Assembly (NCBI GenBank): GCA_002687175.1
Contig: NYZP01000010.1
Location: 1 to 43,880, forward strand
Length of the DNA stretch: 43,880 nucleotides
Source: Parcubacteria group bacterium
GTDB taxonomy: Bacteria > Patescibacteriota > Patescibacteriia > Buchananbacterales > UBA6539
Direction of reading: 5' to 3'
Shown one piece after another: positions 19,423-28,094 of this stretch. The translations under genes were made by a program, and so were the position numbers. Each line of letters starts with the position of its first letter. The stretch's first letter is position 1. The notes beneath the pieces were generated by a model, which had not been told where the DNA came from, searched no databases, and saw only the letters and a list, made by a program, of their open reading frames with translations.

Positions 19423-19743
19423 ATGAAATTTAGCAACAAGGGGCTTACTAAAGAATTTTACATTCTGTTAGCATCATTAGCTATTTCAATTGTGACACCT
19501 ATGATATTGCTGGCAGGAGCGGCTTTTTCTTTAGGAGGACCAACTACTGGCCCAATAGCCAAATATTTTGATTTGTTAGAAAAATCACTCAAGAGTGATA
19601 ATATAATTTGGTCAATTTTTTTCTTTTTATTGCCATATATATTCATTCAGTTTATAAGGTCAATTAACTGGCTGGTAAAAAGGCTTATAAGTGGTGAAGG
19701 TAAAAAGGCTGAAGTTGTTGATGAGTCTCAAAAAGATATTTAA
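19423..19743 (+). CDS. small membrane protein
   Basis: Two hydrophobic segments; directly downstream of tRNA. Confidence 0.65.
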   Translation: MKFSNKGLTKEFYILLASLAISIVTPMILLAGAAFSLGGPTTGPIAKYFDLLEKSLKSDNIIWSIFFFLLPYIFIQFIRSINWLVKRLISGEGKKAEVVDESQKDI

Positions 19744-20030
19744 GAAAAGAAAAGTTTACCCAATAATGGTTCTATTCTTGTAGGGTACTAGAGAGATTGT
19801 TATCAAAGATCTTAACTTAGCTTAAAATAATTGGTTCCCCAACCTGTTTACCCATCTCTTGCCATTGTTTAATCTCTAGGATAAGCTGGTTCCAAGAATT
19901 TCCCACGAGGGCTACCATTTAAAATCGCTTAATAGGCGATTTTTTAATTGAAAAAAATCCCCGACAGACGTGTAGTCGATCGGGGTCGTTTTGATTCGTT
20001 GATGAGAGGTTAGACTTTTTTTGCAGTAAT

Positions 20031-20243
20031 CTAGATACCCATTCCATCAAGGAATTCCAAGTAACAAGTCGAACACCCTCTATTTGAGGGCCCATGGTTG
20101 GATATACCATGCCAAGCACAATTAGCGCAATGGCCACAACTGAGTTTATTGCTAGAACCACAATCGCACGTTGGTCGCGAACATTTACAGCTATACCCTT
20201 CGAGGTCGGGAGCAGTTTCTCCAACTGATGCAGACGTGCACAT
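20031..20243 (-). CDS. Cys/His-rich small protein, metallothionein-like
   Basis: AAAGGAG SD at 20253-20259, 10 Cys + 3 His in 70 aa, terminator 19951-19985. Confidence 0.6.
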   Translation of the reverse strand: MCTSASVGETAPDLEGYSCKCSRPTCDCGSSNKLSCGHCANCAWHGISNHGPSNRGCSTCYLEFLDGMGI

Positions 20244-20470
20244 TCTATTTATCTCCTTTTATTCTAGTTTATTGTGAGTATTATAGTTGTATCGTATTCC
20301 ATGTGTGTTGTCAATAAGAACTGCCAAATTATCAGTTCTCTCCACCTTGACAAATAACGAAAAATAATATAGGATGCTAAGGCATTTTGTTGCTCGTTTG
20401 TATGAATGATTGCCCAAAGGCAAACAGGCAAACGAGCGAAAACGTACAAGCATAGCATAGGAGAAGCACA

Positions 20471-20668
20471 ATGACGGGAACGGTGAAGTGGTTCAGTGAC
20501 GAAAAGGGCTTTGGGTTCATAATCCCCGAAGAAGGCGGCAAAGACTTGTTCGTCCACGGCTCTCAAGTGGATGAGTCTAGTCGGCCCCTCAAAGATAGTC
20601 AACGTGTCTCGTACCGAGTCGGCGACGGTCGCAAAGGGCCGGAGGCCCAAGAAGTTCGCGCTGCCTAA
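20471..20668 (+). CDS. cold-shock domain protein (CspA family)
   Basis: GTVKWF, KGFGFI (RNP1), LFVH (RNP2), KGPEA. Confidence 0.96.
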   Translation: MTGTVKWFSDEKGFGFIIPEEGGKDLFVHGSQVDESSRPLKDSQRVSYRVGDGRKGPEAQEVRAA

Positions 20669-20789
20669 ATAAAGGCAGCCCCTCCTAGTACACCCCTGAT
20701 GGACAAAATTGTTCGTCGGGGGTTTTTATTTTAAAAAAAATCCCCCTATAGACATAATCTTTAGGGGGGGGTATTACATTCTTTTTGAT

Positions 20790-21233
20790 TTAAACTACAT
20801 TGGATGCGGATATCTTCCAAAATCGTTCTCTTTCAAAAAGAAGAATTGTGTACCATTTACTATTTTTTCGTAATTTTTTACGGGGTTCTTTTCCGCTCGT
20901 ACTATCTTTCGTAGTGTCAGGCAAAAAACAAGGAGTGCAGTATTCAATTTTTTCTACAACCCAGAACGTTGATGCGCTCGAGACATCTCTTTTTTTCGAC
21001 CCGGCTAAATAAACTATAGCTAACTTTTTCCCATTACAGAAGAAGTTAATGGTACGAGTGTAGGCGATTAAAGTATCGCTATAGTTTCTACATTCACTCG
21101 GGTCACCGCTGATCTCGTCGAAGAAAATAAAATTTTGCCACTCAGGCTTGTCAAAACCTTCGTGAAGACCTCTCAGCAGATCGTTCATTTCTCTAATTGC
21201 CAACATTACACTTCTAGTAATTTTAATGACCAT
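20790..21233 (-). CDS. hypothetical protein
   Basis: ATG 21233 after AAGGAG; terminator 20732-20770. Confidence 0.55.
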   Translation of the reverse strand: MVIKITRSVMLAIREMNDLLRGLHEGFDKPEWQNFIFFDEISGDPSECRNYSDTLIAYTRTINFFCNGKKLAIVYLAGSKKRDVSSASTFWVVEKIEYCTPCFLPDTTKDSTSGKEPRKKLRKNSKWYTILLFERERFWKISASNVV

Positions 21234-21353
21234 GTTTTCTCCTTGTGCTCGTAAAGAGCAGTGAGTCATTATAAGGATGGAGAACCTTACATGACGTGAG
21301 TTACGTCACGGACAATCCGCAACACAGAATTCTATCATACATATAACTGAATG

Positions 21354-22049
21354 TCAACTGCTGGACTTTACCTTGACCAACATAGTTTCAAAAATTCTAG
21401 AGTGCTTGTGTGCCTCTAGGCCGTATTCATGTAACTCCAGATGAATGTGATCCATATACCATCTAAAATAAGGGTATCTGCCCTCATGGTTTGATCCAAT
21501 AACGAAAGCTGAGATATCCTTGAGCTGTCCACCACTAGGATCTCTTCTTTTGTCCTTCCAGAGATACATATATGCCAGTAACTCGTTGAAGGTTGCCGGA
21601 ACGAACCCGTCACGCTCAAGAAATCCTTGTAGGATCTCAAAGCTTGGAACAAACCGGCTAAGTTCAAGAATACAATATGTTCCAACGTGATCCCTTGTTT
21701 CATATTTTTGAGAATCAAGGGAGATTAGTGCCGGTTCAATCACCTCACCACCATGTCTACCCCTTCGGTATACATGAAAATCAGAAAAATCTCTGAGATG
21801 AACATGGGTGTGATGAGCTTCTAGCTTGTGAGGATGGATCTCTTTATATGGTCTGACGCCGGTCGAGAGACAAAAAGCGTCTCTGTTGAATTGATCAGCG
21901 TCCATTTCCATGGAGTCAGATAACATCCCTGACCTAATAAGAAACTGTGCTTGAACCGAACTCATACCTTTCTGCGTCAATAACTGTAAAATCTGCATTG
22001 CTTGACCAGCGGTTGCTAGTCCTTCGCTGTCCTGGATTGTCGTACACAT
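21354..22049 (-). CDS. hypothetical protein
   Basis: AGGAGG SD; GFVPATFNELLAY segment; 231 aa. Confidence 0.7.
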   Translation of the reverse strand: MCTTIQDSEGLATAGQAMQILQLLTQKGMSSVQAQFLIRSGMLSDSMEMDADQFNRDAFCLSTGVRPYKEIHPHKLEAHHTHVHLRDFSDFHVYRRGRHGGEVIEPALISLDSQKYETRDHVGTYCILELSRFVPSFEILQGFLERDGFVPATFNELLAYMYLWKDKRRDPSGGQLKDISAFVIGSNHEGRYPYFRWYMDHIHLELHEYGLEAHKHSRIFETMLVKVKSSS

Positions 22050-22298
22050 GACAATTCCTCCTGTTGATTTTGGGTAACCAGCTGGTTATCCCGGTCGACT
22101 TTCCTCGTTATAAGGAAGCCATAAAGATCTATATGCACATTATTCTTATATAATAGAAATGTCAATCATCTTTACCACCACTATTGACAATTTAGATTAG
22201 ATATGCTAGGATAGATTTGTTAAGTATAGTTATTAAGAAATGAAGTCGAATTTCTGTTAACTAATACAATCTAATTCACTTGATTTCTTAATACACTC

Positions 22299-22496
22299 AT
22301 GCAAGGAACAATCAAAAAGTTGACTGACAAAAACTTCGGTTTTATCAGCCAAGAAGGCGAAGAAAAGGATTTATTCTTTCACGCCAATGAACTTGACGGA
22401 GTTACTTTCAGTGATCTAAGAGAAGGCGATGCAGTAACATTTGAAGTTACTGAAAGCCCTAAAGGTCCTGCAGCTACTCAAGTTAAAAAAGCTTAA
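22299..22496 (+). CDS. cold-shock domain protein (CspA family)
   Basis: KNFGFI, DLFFH, VTFEV..SPKGPAA; promoter TTGACA-17-TAGGAT at 22184-22212. Confidence 0.96.
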   Translation: MQGTIKKLTDKNFGFISQEGEEKDLFFHANELDGVTFSDLREGDAVTFEVTESPKGPAATQVKKA

Positions 22497-22520
22497 AATT
22501 TCTTTATAGAATTTAAGAAC

Positions 22521-22547
22521 AAAAAACCGCCTAACCGGCGGTTTTTT
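22521..22547. terminator. bidirectional terminator
   Basis: A6-CCGCC-TAACC-GGCGG-T6. Confidence 0.8.
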
Positions 22548-22598
22548 GATTTACTCAAAAGAAAAAAGCACCATTGAATGATGCTTTGTAACAAAGAA

Positions 22599-23915
22599 CT
22601 AAAATGAATATCGCCAACTGGCATAGACATTACTGTTTTCTTCCAGTTGACCAAAAGTGGTGTGATTGTCGTTCCCCCAAAATATATTAGCGCCAACGTC
22701 CACTTTCCAATTATCGTTGATTCGGTAACTCACCTTTGGTCGCAAGTAACCGTCTTGATCAGACGGACTGTAAAAAGCAAACAGTGAAGTTTCCAAATCT
22801 TGATTTAACCAGAACTTGGTTAACCGACTGGTTACCACGTGACGATCCTGATCACGATTTGGACCGATAAAATTTGTCCGACGGTAATTGTCATAATCAA
22901 CCATGTGCTCAAGATAATACTGAAAGCTACCCGTGAAATCCTTAGCTAACTCTTGCTCATAACCGATCAAAAAACGAAACTCGCTGTTATTGACCAAGGG
23001 ATTTGAACCACTGGAGTCATCAACCGAATCATAGTAACCAATCTCCAAGCTACCAATACCCTTGCCAATCGGGCCACGAAAACTGGCGCCATAGACGTTG
23101 AGCCGAGGAAAAGTGACTTGGCGGGGAAACAGCCGCTGTCCACCGTTACTTTTCCAGTAGCCAGAATAACCATAAAAGGCTAATTCATACGAACCGAAAT
23201 TACGATAAAGACGTAAAGCCCATTCGTCATTTGCAAACCAGCTACTCGGAACACTGAAGTCAAGCTCTTCGTCTTCTCCAGCAAAATCCTGAGTCAAAGG
23301 ATCCCAGAAACTGATTCGTTCTCCAGTGACATAACGATCTGGGGTGAACTGTGGAGCATAGACTAGATCTAGGTTCATCAACTTATTTCGCCAGGAGATG
23401 CGAACCGCGTCGGTTGGCGCTTTTAAGTATCCTACATCTCGACCCAGCAAAAACGACTGCCAATCTTTGGGAAACAGATCATTGATAAAAAGCTGATCAG
23501 CCGCTCCCCAAGTTATAACCTGTCTACCAACTGAGATGTCCAGGGATTCTATCGGTCTGAACAATAATCGAAATTGACGAAGATCGAACTCCGCTGACTC
23601 GGATACTCCATCCAAGTAGAAATCACCACGAGTTTCCAGAACTAGCTTGTCCCACGACTTTTCCCATTTTAACTGCAATCTGGTTTCCACCAAGGAACTA
23701 TCGCCTGACTGTGCTTGATTACCTCTGGTACGCAGTCCTAATCTGGTCTCCCAAAAACCGTGGAGACGTCTTGATTGTACTGGAGTTTCAACTGGTTGAG
23801 CAGAAACTTGTTCCTCACCTAAACCAATAGGTAATGGCGGTTCCTGAGCAAAAACCCAAATGGCTTTTGTCAGGAATAGAGTAATGACAAATCCTGATCT
23901 GACAAAGGCCATCAT
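22599..23915 (-). CDS. putative outer-membrane beta-barrel protein
   Basis: Signal peptide, GRQVITWG, amphipathic beta pattern, C-terminal YASWRYSF beta-signal. Confidence 0.8.
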   Translation of the reverse strand: MMAFVRSGFVITLFLTKAIWVFAQEPPLPIGLGEEQVSAQPVETPVQSRRLHGFWETRLGLRTRGNQAQSGDSSLVETRLQLKWEKSWDKLVLETRGDFYLDGVSESAEFDLRQFRLLFRPIESLDISVGRQVITWGAADQLFINDLFPKDWQSFLLGRDVGYLKAPTDAVRISWRNKLMNLDLVYAPQFTPDRYVTGERISFWDPLTQDFAGEDEELDFSVPSSWFANDEWALRLYRNFGSYELAFYGYSGYWKSNGGQRLFPRQVTFPRLNVYGASFRGPIGKGIGSLEIGYYDSVDDSSGSNPLVNNSEFRFLIGYEQELAKDFTGSFQYYLEHMVDYDNYRRTNFIGPNRDQDRHVVTSRLTKFWLNQDLETSLFAFYSPSDQDGYLRPKVSYRINDNWKVDVGANIFWGNDNHTTFGQLEENSNVYASWRYSF

Positions 23916-23938
23916 AAGAATAACCCTCCTTTCTGAAA

Positions 23939-24730
23939 CTATCCCTTGCCAATGGCGGGTGGGTTGCGCAATGATTGCTCCGAAAAAATGCCGTCGTCCA
24001 AGTCTAAATCATAAGTGACTGCTAAATACTCAATCACTGTATAACCACCAGACTTAACATCGGTAATTCTGATTTGGGTTACTGTTTGGTATCCCTCAAG
24101 CATTGCCACCGCTAAAGTTTCAACGGTCCGATAAACTTTGTTACTTTTGGAAAACTCCAATTTAACCGGAACCAGACTTTCTCGGTGTATCCAAGTCTGA
24201 TAAGAATCAAACTCCACTGAGCTTGTCTGCTTGGGCCGACTGTTCACAATGTAGTAAAGGTCGGTTGTCTCAGATAACTGATGACTATCAGCCTCAATAC
24301 TCCTGCCAGTGATGTCCTCATAAAAAAAGTTAGAGCCGACAAAACTGCTACGTTCGTTTGTTGCAGCAATTCGTCGGACCACATCCAAGGCCGGTAAATA
24401 GAGCCAGCGATCATCCGCCCGTTGACCATGTTTCCAGGTCAACAGGGCAGTGCCTAACACTTCAGACGGTGACGAAAAATAAACAAAAAAATTTTGTTCA
24501 TCGCCTTGCTCATCTTTATCTTGTCGCAACACCACAAACTCTCTTAGTCGAGTTCGTCCCCGACGGTTGGTAATTGTCATTTTGGCATTGGCCCGACTGT
24601 TCTCTCCCTGCGAATACATGACCTGATTAGCTTGACGAACAATCTGCTCCACGGTCAGGCTGTTTTCTTGAGCCATGACAATAGTGCCGAAAGTAATAAT
24701 GATTAACCAAGCTGTGGTAACTTTGCTCAT
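23939..24730 (-). CDS. LolA-like outer-membrane lipoprotein-sorting protein
   Basis: FSSPSEVLGTALL, DDRWLYLPALDVVRRIA, SFVGSNFFYEDI; ATG after GAGGAGG. Confidence 0.9.
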   Translation of the reverse strand: MSKVTTAWLIIITFGTIVMAQENSLTVEQIVRQANQVMYSQGENSRANAKMTITNRRGRTRLREFVVLRQDKDEQGDEQNFFVYFSSPSEVLGTALLTWKHGQRADDRWLYLPALDVVRRIAATNERSSFVGSNFFYEDITGRSIEADSHQLSETTDLYYIVNSRPKQTSSVEFDSYQTWIHRESLVPVKLEFSKSNKVYRTVETLAVAMLEGYQTVTQIRITDVKSGGYTVIEYLAVTYDLDLDDGIFSEQSLRNPPAIGKG

Positions 24731-24887
24731 TATAATCCTCCTCAGCAAAATATTGCCTTTGTTTTATTATTAAATTGTAGAGATCTTTGACAAGGTTACC
24801 TGATTGCCCCGTTCAAGTCAATAAAACTTTATCTCAGTAATTTATGGCTAGATAATGGATTTTTAATGTGTTATAATTAAGAAAAAT

Positions 24888-25598
24888 ATGGCCAAAAAAA
24901 AGAAAAAAGAAATTTTAAATTTACCATCGGTTAAATTACCAATAAAACCTTTAACCTCGCAAGATATTGATAAAGATATCCAGCGTCGGGTGTCAAAAAT
25001 AAACAAGGAGCTTAAAGGAGGATTTGATTTTATTAAATCTCATCCCAAGTCAGTTACTTTTTTCGGTTCTGCCAGGCTAAAAAAGGACAGCCCTTATTAT
25101 CAAAAAGCAATCAGGCTTGGTGAGCGTCTAGTCAAGCTAGGATATTCCTTGGTTACTGGTGGTGGCCCGGGTATCATGGAAGCTGGTAACCAGGGAGCAA
25201 TGAAAGGGTATGGTCAATCTGTCGGCTTAACCATAAAATTACCAGGTGAACAGGTAAGAAACCCCTACTTAACAAATTTTTTTAACTTTCACTATTTTTT
25301 CACTCGCAAGGTCTGTTTAACCTTTTCCGCCGAAGCTTATGTTTATTTTCCTGGAGGCTTTGGCACTTTGGATGAGTTTTTTGAAATTTTAACTTTAGTC
25401 CAAACTAATAAAATTGAAAAAGTTCCAATTATTTTAGTTGGTCGTGAATTTTGGCAACCACTTCACAGTTTTATGGAAAGGAATGTTTATCGGAAAAAAG
25501 CAATGATCAGCAAAGAGGACATGAAATTTTACCGGATAGTGGACGATGAAAATAAAATCATTGAAATAATAAAAAAAGCCCCGATAAGAAGAGGATGA
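24888..25598 (+). CDS. LOG-family (TIGR00730-type) nucleotide phosphoribohydrolase
   Basis: VTFFGSAR, TGGGPGIMEA, YFFTRK, PGGFGTLDE. Confidence 0.95.
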   Translation: MAKKKKKEILNLPSVKLPIKPLTSQDIDKDIQRRVSKINKELKGGFDFIKSHPKSVTFFGSARLKKDSPYYQKAIRLGERLVKLGYSLVTGGGPGIMEAGNQGAMKGYGQSVGLTIKLPGEQVRNPYLTNFFNFHYFFTRKVCLTFSAEAYVYFPGGFGTLDEFFEILTLVQTNKIEKVPIILVGREFWQPLHSFMERNVYRKKAMISKEDMKFYRIVDDENKIIEIIKKAPIRRG

Positions 25599-25807
25599 AT
25601 ATGCTACTTTTTGGACAACTGCTTGATGCCTTGGGTACTATCCTGATCGCCATCATGGCACTGCGGGTTCATCATCACGTAATCAAGGAACACAAAATTG
25701 ATGCCTCAGTTTTTAAAGAAATGAAACATGAACAAAAAATCGGCTTTTTAGGAATCTCTTTATTAGCTATTGGTTATCTGATACAGCTGTTAGTCCACTT
25801 GAATTAA
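25595..25807 (+). CDS. small two-TM hypothetical protein
   Basis: ATGA overlap with upstream gene; in operon. Confidence 0.7.
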   Translation: MNMLLFGQLLDALGTILIAIMALRVHHHVIKEHKIDASVFKEMKHEQKIGFLGISLLAIGYLIQLLVHLN

Positions 25808-25818
25808 TTTTTATATAT

Positions 25819-26304
25819 ATGAAAGTTTACCTTGGCGCTGATCATGCTGGTTGGCAACTGAAAGAAATTATCAAAAAATATCTGGACCAAAAAAAAGTTA
25901 GCTACCAGGATTTAGGTAATAAAGTTTTAGATAAAAATGATGATTATCCGGATTACAGTTTAAAAGTAGCAAATGCTGTAATCAAGGACAAAAAAAGTTT
26001 AGGTATTTTATTTTGTGGTTCCTCGGCCGGTGCCTGTATTACCGCCAACAAAGTTAAAGGCATAAGAGCGGCATCAGTCAGAAGTCTAGGAGAAGCAAAG
26101 CTAGCACGCTCGGATGACGATGCTAATATTATTTGTTTGGCTGGTGGTCAACAAGTTCAACAAAAAGTTAAAAATGTTGGAGTAAGCCCGGCCTTAGCAA
26201 AAAAAATTGTTACAACCTGGCTGGACAGCTCATTTTCAAATGCTCCAAGACATAAACGTCGAGTTGGTAAGATTAAAAAAATTGAAACAAAAAACTTCAA
26301 GTAG
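25819..26304 (+). CDS. rpiB: ribose-5-phosphate isomerase B
   Basis: GADHAG, DYPD, GILFCGS, ANKVKGIRAA, RHKRRV. Confidence 0.93.
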   Translation: MKVYLGADHAGWQLKEIIKKYLDQKKVSYQDLGNKVLDKNDDYPDYSLKVANAVIKDKKSLGILFCGSSAGACITANKVKGIRAASVRSLGEAKLARSDDDANIICLAGGQQVQQKVKNVGVSPALAKKIVTTWLDSSFSNAPRHKRRVGKIKKIETKNFK

Positions 26305-26305
26305 T

Positions 26306-26440
26306 ATGCCTGGTAGTGAAACTTTGATTAGTCTGACAAAGACGAGCAAAAAATACTACCGGGTAATAGCTTACGAAAAAAGATTTAATTAACTAATAAT
26401 TTTGATTTATTAAAAATATCAAAGTTCTACTACCGAGTAT
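26306..26440 (+). promoter_or_regulatory. structured intercistronic element copy 1 with 28-codon ORF (26306-26392)
   Basis: 26306-26328 pairs with 26418-26440; homologous to 27956-28094. Confidence 0.75.
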
Positions 26441-27116
26441 GGCTAAACAGATTGTGCCAGCAATTTTAACTGATGATATCAAGGATTTAAAAGCTAAGCT
26501 GACCAGCGTTGCCAAATTGACCGACTGGGTACAGGTTGATATTATGGATGGCAATTTTGTAAACAATACTTCAGTCAGTCTAACTGACCTGGCAAAGCTA
26601 CCTCACTCCTCAAATATTTCAGCTCACTTAATGGTCCTGAACCCAGAGAAATACCTAGCTGACTGCAAGGCTGCCGGAGTTAAAAGGGTACTGGTACATT
26701 TCAAGAGTTCTAAAGATATCGGAGTTGTTTTAAAAAAAGCAAAAAAAATGGGGTTTCAGGTAGGATTAGCAATAAGTCCTAAGGTATTTATAGAACAAAT
26801 TAAAAAATATATAGCTTTGGCAGATATAATTTTAGTCTTAGGGGTTGAGCCAGGCTTTGGTGGACAAAAATTAATTCCCGAAAGTTTAAATAAGATTAAG
26901 GAGCTTAAAAGAATTAGTCCAAAAAAACTGATTGAAATTGATGGTGGCGTTACTCTTGAAAACATCAGTGAAATTAGTGAAGCTGGAGCAGATATATTCG
27001 TTATTGGTAGTGGAATTTTTAAAACTGACAATATTAAAAAAACTATTAAGCAGCTAAAAAGAAAAGTTAATCCCAATTTATTAAATCTATGGGGTATATT
27101 CACGATAAAAAAATAA
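26439..27116 (+). CDS. rpe: ribulose-phosphate 3-epimerase
   Basis: VDIMDGNFV, HLMV, VEPGFGGQ, EIDGGV, GADIFVIGS. Confidence 0.95.
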   Translation: MAKQIVPAILTDDIKDLKAKLTSVAKLTDWVQVDIMDGNFVNNTSVSLTDLAKLPHSSNISAHLMVLNPEKYLADCKAAGVKRVLVHFKSSKDIGVVLKKAKKMGFQVGLAISPKVFIEQIKKYIALADIILVLGVEPGFGGQKLIPESLNKIKELKRISPKKLIEIDGGVTLENISEISEAGADIFVIGSGIFKTDNIKKTIKQLKRKVNPNLLNLWGIFTIKK

Positions 27117-27949
27117 AAAAGCTTGAGGTGATTGCCACCGATATTAGGCAAGACTTAATCAAGATGTTACTCGAGGCCGGTTCTGGTCATACTGCTGGTC
27201 CTATCAGTTTGGCTGATATTTTTACGGCCTTGTATTTTCACGTTCTAAACCATAAACCAAAAAAACCAAATTGGGATGGTCGTGATCGTTTAATTTTGTC
27301 GGCTGGCCATCTTGCTCCAATTCGTTATGTGGCCATGGCTTATGCTGGTTATTTCCCAAAGAAAGAATTAATGACTTTAAGAAAACTGGGGACTAGACTG
27401 CAAGGTCACCCAGAACGACTTGCTTTACCCGGTGCCGAGACAACATCCGGTCCCTTGGGCGACGGTATTGGCCAAGCCTGTGGCATCGCTCTAGCCGCCC
27501 TAATGGATAAGAAAAAATTTCGAGTTTACTGTTTAATGTCTGATGCCGAGCAACAAGCCGGAATTGTTTGGGAGTCAGCCATGTTCGCCGCCAAAAATAA
27601 TTTAAATAACATTACCGCCATTATTGATCGAAATAATATTCAAATTGGTGGTATGACCGAGAAGGTAATGCCAATAGAGCCATTGAGAAGAAAATACCAA
27701 GCTTTTGGTTGGCATGTTTTGGAAGTTGATGGTCATAATATTGAAGCGATTGTTGACGCCACAGAAGCGGCCAAGGCTATTTATGAAAAACCAACTTTGA
27801 TTATTGCCCACACTATTCCTGGCAAAGGTCTAAAAGAAATGGAATTTGATTACAAGTGGCATGGCAAACCACCGAAGAAGGATGAGGCCGAAAATTTTCT
27901 AAAAGAATTACGAACCCTTGAAGGCAAAATTAAAAGTGAACACGAATAA
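27089..27949 (+). CDS. transketolase, N-terminal (TPP-binding) subunit
   Basis: GSGH, RDRLILSAGH, LQGHP, TSGPLG, DRNNIQ, GKG, WHG. Confidence 0.95.
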   Translation: MGYIHDKKIKKLEVIATDIRQDLIKMLLEAGSGHTAGPISLADIFTALYFHVLNHKPKKPNWDGRDRLILSAGHLAPIRYVAMAYAGYFPKKELMTLRKLGTRLQGHPERLALPGAETTSGPLGDGIGQACGIALAALMDKKKFRVYCLMSDAEQQAGIVWESAMFAAKNNLNNITAIIDRNNIQIGGMTEKVMPIEPLRRKYQAFGWHVLEVDGHNIEAIVDATEAAKAIYEKPTLIIAHTIPGKGLKEMEFDYKWHGKPPKKDEAENFLKELRTLEGKIKSEHE

Positions 27950-27955
27950 AATATT

Positions 27956-28094
27956 ATGCCCAGTAGTGAAACTTTGATTAGTCCCAACAAGTTGGGACAC
28001 CATAGCCGGGTATTAAAAATTAATAAACGAATTTAAATAATAATATTATAAATAAATTTTGGTAATTAAATATCAAAGTTCTACTACTGGGTAT
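27956..28094 (+). promoter_or_regulatory. structured intercistronic element copy 2 with 26-codon ORF (27956-28036)
   Basis: 27956-27978 pairs with 28072-28094; homologous to 26306-26440. Confidence 0.75.

Noticed and set aside
19919-20224. 101-aa minus-strand ORF
   Set aside because: No SD and runs through two terminator hairpins; the overlapping Cys-rich frame has SD and terminator support.
20259-20650. Minus-strand ORFs overlapping the csp gene and its promoter
   Set aside because: Antisense to a clear cold-shock gene.
26207-26305. 5' part of the 61-aa ORF 26207..26392
   Set aside because: Alternate frame inside rpiB; only the part from ATG 26306 has a homologue in the second element.
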